This document shows positions 53,895 through 64,000 of a stretch of DNA of 64,000 bases, piece by piece. A program made the translations under genes and the position numbers. Every line of letters begins with the position of its first letter. The first letter of the stretch is position 1. Source of the DNA: Octopus sinensis. Its lineage: Eukaryota. The stretch covers positions 86,180,001-86,244,000 of the forward strand of contig NC_042999.1 of the NCBI RefSeq assembly GCF_006345805.1, written 5' to 3'. Under the pieces are notes generated by a model. The model was not told the DNA's origin and did no database searches. It saw nothing but the letters and a program-made list of their open reading frames with translations.

Positions 53895-54408
53895 ATGGAC
53901 TTGACAGGGCAAAAAATTGGTACGACCACAAACCTGAAGGCATCGTCGAAAATAGAAATGCAAAGATCCTATGGGATTTTATGATTCAGTGCGACCATGC
54001 GGTAGAGAATAGGAAGCCAGGCATAGTCATAATTGAGAAAGAAAGCAAACTATGCTGGATCATAGATATAGCATGCCCAGCTGACAACAAGGTATGTGAT
54101 AAGGAAGAAAGAAGAGTTGAGAGATATGATAGGTTAACTTGGGAGGTTAAGCAGTTGTGGTCGATGAAAAAGGTAGCAGTACTACCAATAATTGTCGGAT
54201 CCCTGGGAACAGTGAGCAAAATTCTTGAAAAGTACGTGGAACAAATAGGGCCTGCAATAAGAGTGGAGCACTTGCAGAAAACAGCACTGCTTGGAACCGT
54301 TCGAATACTCCGGAAGGTGCTCGAAAAATAAGGGGTGTTACCTTAGTTCACTGGTAGTGAACAGCTGACACTGTAGTACATCTCCAGCGTTAGAACCTGT
54401 GCAAAGGC
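53895..54408 (+). mobile_element. R4/Dong-like LINE endonuclease domain and 3' UTR (copy 3), frame intact
   Basis: WYDHKPEGIVEN...ILWDFMIQCDHAVENRKPGIV...IIDIACPAD...KEERRVERYDRL...WSMKKVAVLPIIVGSLG...LQKTALLGTVRILRKVLEK*, a PD-(D/E)xK fold with the catalytic D changed to G; flanked on both sides by (AAT)n. Confidence 0.92.
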
Positions 54409-54436
54409 AATGATGATGATGATGATGATAATAATG

Positions 54437-54505
<69 letters not shown>

Positions 54506-54509
<4 letters not shown>

Positions 54510-56450
54510 CGGCATGGATAGACTACAGGAAAGCGTTTGATAGTGTTCCACATAATTGGCTACTCAAGGCCCTTGAGATATACATCTTCTGTCGTCTCCA
54601 AGTTCTTAAAAGGTGGAACACACTTCTCCTAAACCATAGTAATGGGATGAGCCAATTTAACAGCATCGATATCAAAAGAGGCATCTTTTAAGGTGACTCC
54701 CTCTCTCCATTACTCTTTGGCATGGCTCTGATCCCACTCTCAAACGAGTATGGGTTCAAAGTTTATAATACGACAATAAACCACCTGTTTTATACGGAGG
54801 ATCTGAAGCTATTTGCTAGAAACGAGAATGTGCTAGTAGGGCTACTAACAACTGTTAAATAGTTCAGCACTGACATCGGAATGGATTTTGGCCTTGATAA
54901 GTGTGATAAAGCAACCTTTGTACGAGAGAAGCTCAGGCAAACATATTCATTTAAATTAGATACCGACTCTACAATGAGCTTGACCCACAAGAAAATTGCA
55001 AATACCTGGGGATAAACGAAGGAGATGATACACAACATGCTACCACCAAGGAAAAAATAAGAAAGGAGTAATACAGGAGAATAAAACTCATACTAAGAAC
55101 TGAACTCAATTCGAAAAATCGCACCAAAGCCATTAATACCCTGACATTTCCAGTGGTCCAATATAGTTTTAGCATCATCAACTGGAACCTTCTAGAGCTC
55201 CAACGCCTGGACAGGAAGACAAGAAAACTACTAACACCTAAGAACATGCACAACCCTAAAACAGACGTTCATCGTCTCTACCTACCTAGAAGTAATGGGG
55301 AAAGAGGAATGATTCGGATAGAATTGTACTATAAGACCTCCACAATAGCAATGAACAAGTACTTATCTAGTACAGAAGACCGGGTGCTGCGGCTTGCGTG
55401 CAAACACGAAAGCAGCAAAAATTCTATTGTCAAGGAAGCTTGCAAATTCGCAAGGAAACTTAGCATTAACCTTGAATTAAATAGAGAACATGAAACCACT
55501 GACACAAAACAAGCAAAACAGATCAAGCAGAATGTAAAAAAGAACGGACAGAAACAAATTGAGGAGCAGTGGAGCCAGAAATCTCTGCATGGACAGTATA
55601 TAATTCGAAGTCAAAATGCTGAAATAGTGGCTGAGAAGCTCAGGACTGAAAGCAGAGACTAAAGGTTTCATATTGGCGGCACAAGATTAAAGCTTGCTTA
55701 AAAAAGACTACCAGGCTAGCGTTCTTCAAAACCGTTCTGACCCTAAATGCAGATTCTGCGATAAATTTGATGAAGTAATGGACCATCACGTCTCGGGATT
55801 TCCTGTACTGATACCAAAGGAATGTAAAAATCGCCACGACAAAGTAGGACAGTATTTACATTGGAAAATATGTAAACACTATAAAATCAGCACTCCTCTT
55901 TACTGGTATGAACATCCTCCTGAACCAGTTGTTGAAGATAAAAATGTCACTATACCCTGGATTTTCCATTCAACACCAACAGAACGATCCAGGCTAATCG
56001 GTTAGACATAATCGTTAAAGACAAGGAAGAAAGCACTTGAAGACTAACAGATGTAAGTGTTCCCACTGAAAAAAAAATCTGTAAAGGAATTTGACAAATT
56101 AAGTAAATATAAGGACCTGGAAATTGAGATACAAAAGATGTGACATCTTAAAGCGAGAACTGTTCCTGTTATAGTTGCCCTAGGTATGATAAAAAAGGTA
56201 TGTCATAAATATCAGATAATATCCCAGGAGAACCATATATCAGAGAAATCCAAAAGATTGCGCTGACACGTAATTAAAAAAAATCCTTAGAAAAACCCTA
56301 TCCATTTAAATGTCTGTATTACATGAAGATATTTCGTTACTACTCCTGACACTTCCCCTCCCCAAGCTTTCAGTCAAAAAAAATTATCTCTTATCCTTCA
56401 CTCGCCCCAGGACACTGGGTGTGTCTCGGCAAGTGATTGTAACAAACATG
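54506..56450 (+). mobile_element. R4/Dong-like LINE, RT core to 3' UTR (copy 4), pseudogenised
   Basis: AWIDYRKAFDSVPHNW, GIF*GDSLSPLLF, HLFYTEDLKLFA, FGLDKC, RLYLPRSNG, CRFCDKFDEVMDHHVSG, RHDKVGQYLHWKIC and WYEHPPEPV; starts directly after (AAT)n. Confidence 0.95.
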
Positions 56451-56559
56451 CAGGTTAAAAGTTTTTAAAAAAATGTTATGCATTCTACTACGAGCTACAA
56501 TTGTTGGCATTACAGAGTCTGGGTTTGAAAACATTGGAAAAGAAGTAAGATGAACGTAG

Positions 56560-56900
56560 ACCAGAAAAGGTCTTAGCAAATGAAACAGCGATACGCTAAT
56601 TCTCACACAGGGATCAAGGTTAAAGTGAATATTGTTATCAAGGACACCCAGGCAAGGAAATGCATCTTAATCGAATTGTCAGTCCAAGCAGATGATAATG
56701 TCTTTCTAAAAGATCTGGAAATGGAGATGACCAGAAAATCCACAATTAAAAACAGATCCATACCTTGTAATAGATGCCCTTGCGATGTCCATAATAGTCG
56801 CATTGGCACACATATCAAGTAGAAGCCTTTCAATACAACACAAAATATATAATCTAAAAGATATTGTAGGCATGCAAAGTGCATGAATCGGTAATGCGTG
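56560..56900 (+). mobile_element. Degenerate RLE LINE 3' end (copy 5)
   Basis: NIVIKDTQARKCILIELSVQADDNV..KDLEME; followed by (AAT)n. Confidence 0.55.
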
Positions 56901-57000
56901 AATCAATGTAATAAAAGACTACTGAACAACATAAAGCAAATAATAATAATAATAATAAAAGGACAACTATTATGAAACTACTACAACTAATAATAATAAT

Positions 57001-57378
57001 TTCAAATTTGGGGACAGGGCCAGTAAGTTTTGAGAAGTCCATGTACATGGGTATAAATATGGACTCCAGTAACAGATTGGTACTTATTTTATCGACCCCA
57101 AAAAGTAAAGCTGACCTTGGTGGAATTTGAACCCAGAAAGTAGTTTGACAAAATGCCGCTAAGCATTTTGCCAGGCGTGCTAATGAGTCTGCCAGCTCGC
57201 CACCCTTATAATAATGATGATAATGATGACGACAACAATGATGATGATGATCTCAAACTTTGGCACAAGGCCGGCAATTTCAGGGTTGGGGCAAGTTGAT
57301 TACATCGACCCCAGTGTTCAACAGGCACTTATTCTATCGATCCTGAAAGGATGAAAGGCAAAGTCGATCCTTGCGGAA
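57001..57378 (-). mobile_element. Two SINE B copies (57001-57206 full, 57252-57378 partial)
   Basis: Reverse-complement B bodies separated by (GAT/AAT)n. Confidence 0.8.
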
Positions 57379-57481
57379 TGATGATGATGATGATGATGAT
57401 GACGAAGCAAAGTTGGAGAGGGTGACAAAATAAAATAAGGTTAGGAAAAGTTATTTATTTGCACGTCATTTAGTAGAAATA

Positions 57482-57866
57482 TTTATTTCTTTATTGCCCA
57501 CAGGAGGCTAAATATAGAGGGGACAAACAAAGGGATTAAGTCGATTACAACGACCTCAGTGCGTAACTGGCACTTATTTAATCGGTTCCGAAAGGATGAA
57601 AGGCAAAGTCGACCTCGGCGGAATTTGAACATAGAACTTAACAGCAGACTAAATACCCATTTCTTTACTATCCACAAGGGGCTAAACATAGAGAGGACAA
57701 AAGAACGGATTTAGTCGATTATATCGACCCCAGTGCGTAACTGGTACTTATTTAATCGACCCCGAAAGGATGAACGGCGGAGTTTGAACTCAGAACGTAA
57801 CGGCAGACAAAATACCGCTGAGCATTTCGCCCGGCGTGCTAACGTTTCTGCCAGCTCGCCGCCCTA
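57482..57866 (-). mobile_element. SINE B dimer (one head, two bodies)
   Basis: Head at about 57866-57815; the body repeats after the junction at about 57651-57657. Confidence 0.85.
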
Positions 57867-58228
57867 TTTAGTAGAACTGTTATTAAGCGTTATATCTTGA
57901 GTTAGAGTAAATGTTTAAACATATGATAAGGGTTGAATAAATCGCAGAAGTATATGTAAAAGAAAAAAAAGTATCTAATTTTGAGGCATGGTCCAGTTGT
58001 TATTGAATTAATCTATCATTTCCCTCCATTCAACCCTGGAATTCAAGAAGACTACGTCAGTAAAAATTATTTAAATACAGATATATTTCATGTTTAGCTT
58101 CTATGAAATCAATGAGTGGAATGTTAAGAAAAAATAAACAACTGAATATAGGATATGTATCTCCAAAAGCATAGGGTAAATTTCAGTAAATTTCATGTTG
58201 CTATTGGAATGCTTGAGAGAGAAAAAGA

Positions 58229-58273
<45 letters not shown>

Positions 58274-58657
58274 TGAGATAGAGAGGGAGAAGCTATAACT
58301 CATTTCATGCGTTCAATTTCAACTTCCCTTGTTGAGTAATACAAATAATAAAAAAGTAAAGCAATGAGAAATCATAAAGAAAAAAAACCCCAATATACAT
58401 GAATGAATAACAATGACAAGGAAATGTATGTTGTGTGTGTGTGAATGTGAGGATTCTGACTATGTTTCTTCAAGCTACCGACTAAACTATGGAATGGACT
58501 CAGCTCTGTTAAGCATAGTGTAGTATATAATATGTACTAATATATACTTAGTTTAAGTATAATTTCTATGTCTGTACATGGGTATAAATTGGCATCATTG
58601 TGGGATTTTTTATATATTCATATGTGTACGCACATACATGCGTATGTGTGTGCGTGC

Positions 58658-58699
<42 letters not shown>

Positions 58700-58703
<4 letters not shown>

Positions 58704-58892
58704 GGGGGATTCACAAAAAAGATAACCAAAAGACGAAGACAGGTGGTGTAGACAACAAACCGATATATTAGTTTAACGCATTGGGAAGTGAAAAAAGTCT
58801 TTAACGTTTCGAGCCTACGCTCTTCCACAGAGAGGAATACAGAAAGAAACAAGGAGAGAAAATAAAGAATGTGTAGTGGCTAGCGATCTATT
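58700..58892 (-). mobile_element. Probable Penelope-like terminal-repeat fragment with hammerhead-like motif (58799-58834)
   Basis: ctct CTGTGGA a GAGC-gtag-GCTC GAAA cgt t aaag; abuts (TA)n. Confidence 0.45.
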
Positions 58893-59639
58893 ACACATAT
58901 ACATATGCATTCGATTTATTTTGCATGCATTTAGGTGGAGGGCGTTATATTTTGTGTAATTTTTCGGGAATAGTATTACTGTCGATTTTTACATCAGTTA
59001 TACTTCGTTATCATTTCAATTAACTCTTCAACTATCACAATTGTAATGGCCAAGATGAAACATTATGTCATCAAAGTAGAAACAAATAACAAATATAAAT
59101 AAACGATATTCATTCCCTGAATGAAGGGGATATATAACAATTTAACTAACTCTCATTTTGTTATAATAGATTAATGTGGTTGTGATGTAGTTAATCAATG
59201 ATTGACGAAAAGGTGTATTCGTGTGCTGCGTGTTAGAGTTACAAAATCATGGTTTTTTAAAATATGTTTTTATTCTGTTTATTTAAGCGGAGACACAAGT
59301 TGAAATAACAATATTTGAGAATTAACAAATTAACAAATAAAAGAACATTTAGTCACTGCAACGAATTGATATATATATGTGTGGTGTCTTCGGTCGTTAT
59401 TAAAATTTGAATATAGAATAATTGATAGGCGGTCACAAAGATTAAATCACCATAATCTCTTTTAGAATTTGGTAGCCTTAGTTAGATTTGCTCACCTTCT
59501 GTATATACTATCGAAAACAGTTCCAGAACATTCTATAAACCATTCGATGGGAAGAATTCAGCTCACCAGCCGATTTGATTGGTTGTGACACGATCACGTA
59601 AGCTTAATCTCTTTTATAGCAAAGCTGGGTAATATAAAT

Positions 59640-59850
59640 GAGATAGTTTAAAACAATGTCATCTCATTATAGCTCGTAAGTTCGTGGATTCAATTCCCAG
59701 GCTGGTCAGTGCGTTGCGCTCTTGACCAAAATGCTTTATTCCATGTTGCCCCAATCGACTCAGGTTCAAATGAATACCAACAGCAGTTGGTGGTATTCAT
59801 TTGCAACAGTCTAGCGTCCTGGTGCAAGGGCCTGGCATCCTATTCAGGGA
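59640..59850 (+). mobile_element. Degenerate tRNA-SINE
   Basis: GGATTCAATTCCC B-box-like motif followed by GCGTTGCGCTCTTGACCAAAATGCTTTATTCCATGTTGC. Confidence 0.45.
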
Positions 59851-60410
59851 AAGCAAGTGTTGTACTTAGTTGCTTATTCGTAACAGAGATTTGGGTTTAG
59901 ACTGTGCCAGTAATCCTGTATGTTCTTGATGATACTATCTTTAACTTTGGAAAGAAAGAAATTACTACAAAAAACAAAATCTAATAGAAGCTGTTTCTTA
60001 ACACTGTAATATCCAACATCAGTGATAATAATTATAGTGATTTTTAACTTGGGGGAGAGGTACATCGATTAAATCTTCACTAAATTGAGTTGGACTTATT
60101 TTATGGATACCGGAAGATAAAGGAAAGGGTAAAGTTGATCCCGGTGTCATTTGAAAGCGGAACGTAAAAGGGCGTAGCAAAAAAAAAATATTGCAAGGCT
60201 TTTTCACTGACAATAGCATTTCTGTCATCTACCGATTTAACAAGAATAATGGTTTCAAATTTAGGAACAAGGTCAGAAATTTTAATGGTAGAGGTTAGTC
60301 GATAGCGTCGATCTGAGTATGTGACGAGTACTTTCTAGATCTTGAAAAGTGGGAAAGCAAATTTGATTTCGATGGAGTTTGAACTTAGAACGTAAAGAGT
60401 CGGAACAATT

Positions 60411-60990
60411 ATTCTTTTCTACACTCGGCACGAGGCCCTACATTTTTGGAGAGGGGGACAGTTGATTACACTGGCCCAGTATGCAACTGCTACATAATTT
60501 ATCAACCCCGAAAGGATGAAAGGCAAAGTCGACCTCGGCGGAATTTGAACTCAGAACGTAAAGACAAACGAAATACCTATTTCTTTACTATCCACAAGGG
60601 GCTAAACATAGAGTGGACAAACAAGGACAGACAAACGGATTAAGTCGATTACATCGACACCAGTGCGTAACTGGTACTTAATTTATTGACCCCGAAAGGA
60701 TGAAAGGCAAAGTCGACCTCGGCGGAATTTGAACTCAGAACGTAAAGACAAACGAAATACCTATTTCTTTACTATCCACAAGGGGCTAAACATAGAGTGG
60801 ACAAACAAGGACAGACAAACGGATTAAGTCGATTACATCGACACCAGTGCGTAACTGGTACTTAATTTATTGACCCCGAAAGGATGAAAGGCAAAGTCGA
60901 CTTCGGCGGAATTTGAACTCAGAACGTAAAGACAGACGAAATACCGCTAAACATTTCGTCCAGCATGCTAACGTTTCTGCCAGCTCACCT
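60411..60990 (-). mobile_element. SINE B concatemer: one head plus three bodies, 184-bp period
   Basis: Near-identical units start at 60572 and 60756; the A-box head occurs only at about 60990-60940. Further degenerate B copies lie at about 59950-60400 and 61090-61275. Confidence 0.9.
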
Positions 60991-61627
60991 CATAAAGTTG
61001 GAACAAATATTGCTAAGCATTCTTCAGAAGTTCTAACGGTTCTAACTAATCCACCTCCCTAAAATGGAGTTTATAATTTAGACACAAAGTCAACAAGAAT
61101 GAGAGGAATATCGAGTCGATTAAATCGACCATAGTACTTCAGTACTTTATTATATCGACCCTTTGTGGATAAAAGCAAAAGTTAACCTTGAATGGACTTA
61201 AACTCAAAGCATAGAGAATCTGCAGAAATACCGCGAGTGATTTTATCTGATGCTCTACGGAATCTGCCAATTTGCTGCCTGTTAAGTGGCTCCGTAAAAT
61301 ATATCGAATATATGCAATTTGAACTGTGTTATTAAATTGATAGTTCTTGCAGAAAAAGTATGTTGTATATAACAAGCTAATTTTAGAGGTTGTATAGTTG
61401 TGCAGTGGTTTTAGTTTTTGTTCATATTCTTTTTTTTTCCATATCCAACGATTAAATTAATATTGCTATCATTTTCACCCCCACTTTTTCGCCCACTGTC
61501 ACTTCAAGTTCCTTTTATAACGATACCTTTTTGACTTTCTTCCTGACGATATTTTGATCAGAAAAAAAAAAAATTGAAAAGACTATGGTTATGATAGCAG
61601 AAATGTTTAATTTAATTTCCTTGTCAG

Positions 61628-61822
61628 CGTGGAAATATTTACCCCAGAATAACTATGCCATGTCAATGTCACATACTGGATTTTATGCGTGCTTTTACCA
61701 TTTATTTTACAGTTTTGATAAGGAAGTGTCTGCTTATAATACAATGGGCAACTCAACCTATTCGCTCATGTTTATTGATAAATCCTGTATTTGTGAGGAA
61801 TGGACAGCCGGATATGATGTGG
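61628..61822 (+). CDS. Probable coding exon of an unidentified host gene (alternative acceptor at 61713)
   Basis: Acceptor atttccttgtcag and donor TGG|gtgagt; 195 nt, phase 1-1, open: WKYLPQNNYAMSMSHTGFYACFYHLFYSFDKEVSAYNTMGNSTYSLMFIDKSCICEEWTAGYDV. Confidence 0.55.
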
Positions 61823-61906
61823 GTGAGTGTTTATTCATGTTGACTGCGTAGTCTGTAATTGATGTTAGTCTGTTTTATTAATTTATATTGGTATTTGTGT
61901 GTCTAG

Positions 61907-62010
61907 GAATTGATCTAATGCAGCAAAAACCAAAAGTCCCAGTCTTGCCTTTAGTCTGGAGATTTGCAACTATACTCGGCTTCTATTTTGGCTCACTTCT
62001 CTACTCAAAC
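61907..62010 (+). CDS. Probable next coding exon with hydrophobic segment (or terminal exon to TAG at 62041-62043)
   Basis: 84-nt GT-AG intron at 61823-61906; in-frame join GIDLMQQKPKVPVLPLVWRFATILGFYFGSLLYSN; donor AAC|gtaaag. Confidence 0.55.
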
Positions 62011-62132
62011 GTAAAGGATTCAAAGTCTTTGTACCAGCTTTAGAACCATGGATCCTAGATTTCATATTCAGTCTTTTCAGCGCACCTAAGTTTCAATTTA
62101 ACAAGTATATGTATGTAACACACACACACACA

Positions 62133-62163
<31 letters not shown>

Positions 62164-63484
62164 CACAACTGAAAGTGGGAAATGGTATTAAAGGTATACA
62201 CAAGCTATATGTATGTATAAATATGTGTGTGTGTGTGAGTATGTATGTATGTATGTATGTGTGAGCGCGTGTATGTTTGTGTATGTATGCATAAATGCAC
62301 TAATTCTTCTACAGGATTCGTTTTATGATTTAATTTTTTCATTTAATTATGTAGTATTTTAATAGTTTATATAACTTTCTAGGCTGACACACTAGTGATA
62401 TATTTTGATTGGTTATCGACTAAACCCTTCTTTAAAAAAAGCGTTACTCTATGGCTTTGTTGAGCATCGCAGAAAATGCTTTGTGGAATTCGTTCTGTTT
62501 CTTTACATTCTGACTTAGAATCATGCCGAAGTGAACTTTATCTTATCCTGAGCAGTGGGACTTTAGGAAAATGGAGCCTCATATTTTGTAGTTGTGGCTT
62601 TTTGTGTACTGAGTTTAAATTTACGCACAAATTCCCAATAGTCTACAAGGTAGTAAGGAGAGAATCAAATAAGAAAGAAGAAAACAAATACGCAGCTCAA
62701 TGAAATACTGCAGCTTAGTACCTTGAATGACTTTGGCGGAGTTTATTCTGTTGCAAGCATTAGGTCCAGATAGCTGGTTTGATCGCGGCATGTACGATAC
62801 ACGGCTTCCAGCAACTGCTACTTTGATCGCATATCAGAATTCTCTCCATTTCTGGAATAACAGAGATATGCCCTTTTCTTGATAAATACTCCGGGCAAAG
62901 GCGCGTTGCACTGTCTCCTAGCTTGTAGAAATTGCCTATTATAGATAATTTCTCTTTGTGTTTAAATGTACACTATTTTATATTGAATAGTATGTCGTCT
63001 ATTTAACTTTTTATGCATGTTAGGCCACTGGTAGTAAATTTGTAAAAATTTAATACCCTATATAGATATCTAAGTATCGATATTAGCTTTTCAAAGTTCG
63101 TTTCGGCAGTCTTCATTTTCTGCCGACTGAAACTACGCATGTGTAGTGGATTTCGGAAAAATTATAAGATATAGAGATGAGACACGTGCTATCAGTCTCA
63201 TAATAATAGGTTAATAAGTTTTTTTTATTTGTTATTATTATTACTAGTATTGTTGTTATACATACATACAAGCATATGTAATGATAATAATAAGTGGATG
63301 TAAACACATGAACAAAATAAGAATAAACAAAAACAACAAAAACAAATTACATGAACGTATATAAACAGAAGATACAAATATTACAGGCATCCCCCCACAA
63401 CACACTAAATAAACATAGACGCACATAGAGATATAGGCATGCGCAAATGAAGACATACAATAGAAATACAAAATGGCTGACGGT

Positions 63485-63688
63485 TAGTAAGGAGAGAATC
63501 AAATAAGAAAGAAGAAAACAAAGGACCACTGATGTGGTCACAGGAGTGTGACGAAAGAACTCTGGCCGAAATAAGATTAAGTTTAATGTAAAAAATAAAT
63601 AACACTGAAGCAAAATAACACCAAATATATAGAGCGTGTGTTTTTATTGGCTAAACTGGCAAAATGACCATTCCGAAATATAACAATA
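63485..63688 (-). mobile_element. Family E element fragment ending in (TA)n
   Basis: 63541-63688 is the reverse complement of 16061-16209. Confidence 0.85.
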
Positions 63689-63730
63689 TATATATATGCA
63701 TATATATATATAAATATATGCATATATATA

Positions 63731-64000
63731 TCTCTCTATATATAAACGGCAGTTTGTCTGTGCGTGTTTCTGTGTGTCTGTTTGCTTGTACCCTCACCCT
63801 GACCACAGCTTTCAACCGATTCTGATGAAACTTGACACACACATAGCCCAATGTCATAATTCAAAACTAACGCAGCGAAAATTTTGAAAAGTTCCCCCAG
63901 TTCTGAAAAAAATCGATAAATTCGACATGGGGTCGAGAACCAGGAACACAAACCACAAACTGTGTAGGGGACGCAACTCCACCTTTTTTAACTATCAAAA
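63731..64000 (+). mobile_element. Non-autonomous Helitron-like element, 5' end (runs off the window)
   Basis: TCTATATATAAA start, then GTCTGT-type microsatellite and AACCGATTCTGATGAAACTTGACACAC, a layout typical of short Helitron derivatives. Confidence 0.6.

Noticed and set aside
60487-60990. Regular repeats that might suggest a CRISPR-like array
   Set aside because: The 184-bp units are whole SINE bodies with no unique spacers; eukaryotic context.
62476-62703. 75-aa ORF with apparent splice sites downstream of the candidate gene
   Set aside because: Its first half is a degenerate SINE B copy.
62727-62882. 51-aa ORF MTLAEFILLQALGPDSW... in a GC-richer block
   Set aside because: Short, with no recognisable motif and no convincing splice context.
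63820-63880. CTGATGA...GAAA hammerhead-like words in the Helitron-like element
   Set aside because: No stem II or stem I pairing. Similar CTGATGA hits at about 5376, 11345 and 49126 fail the same test.

Overview
AT-rich, microsatellite-dense animal genomic DNA, inferred to be octopus (coleoid cephalopod) from the tRNA-derived SINE families and repeat style. It contains one 100-N scaffold gap at 32255-32354. Nearly all ORF-track entries are microsatellite artefacts. The window is dominated by mobile elements: three tRNA-SINE families, two RTE and two CR1 LINE fragments, a 47-57 kb hotspot of R4/Dong-like restriction-endonuclease LINEs sitting in (TAA)n arrays, mariner and hAT MITEs, and a Helitron-like end. 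The best host-gene evidence is a phase-compatible exon pair at 61628-62010 (+) encoding an unidentified peptide with a hydrophobic segment. The most interesting signals are minimal, dimer-type hammerhead ribozyme motifs in non-autonomous repeats. One lies downstream of a tRNA-like Pol III head (52925-53212, minus strand). Two more lie back-to-back in a near-perfect palindrome with a G3/U8 core variant (34185-34466). There is also a cluster of long fold-back structures. All alignments and folds were done by eye; no searches were run.
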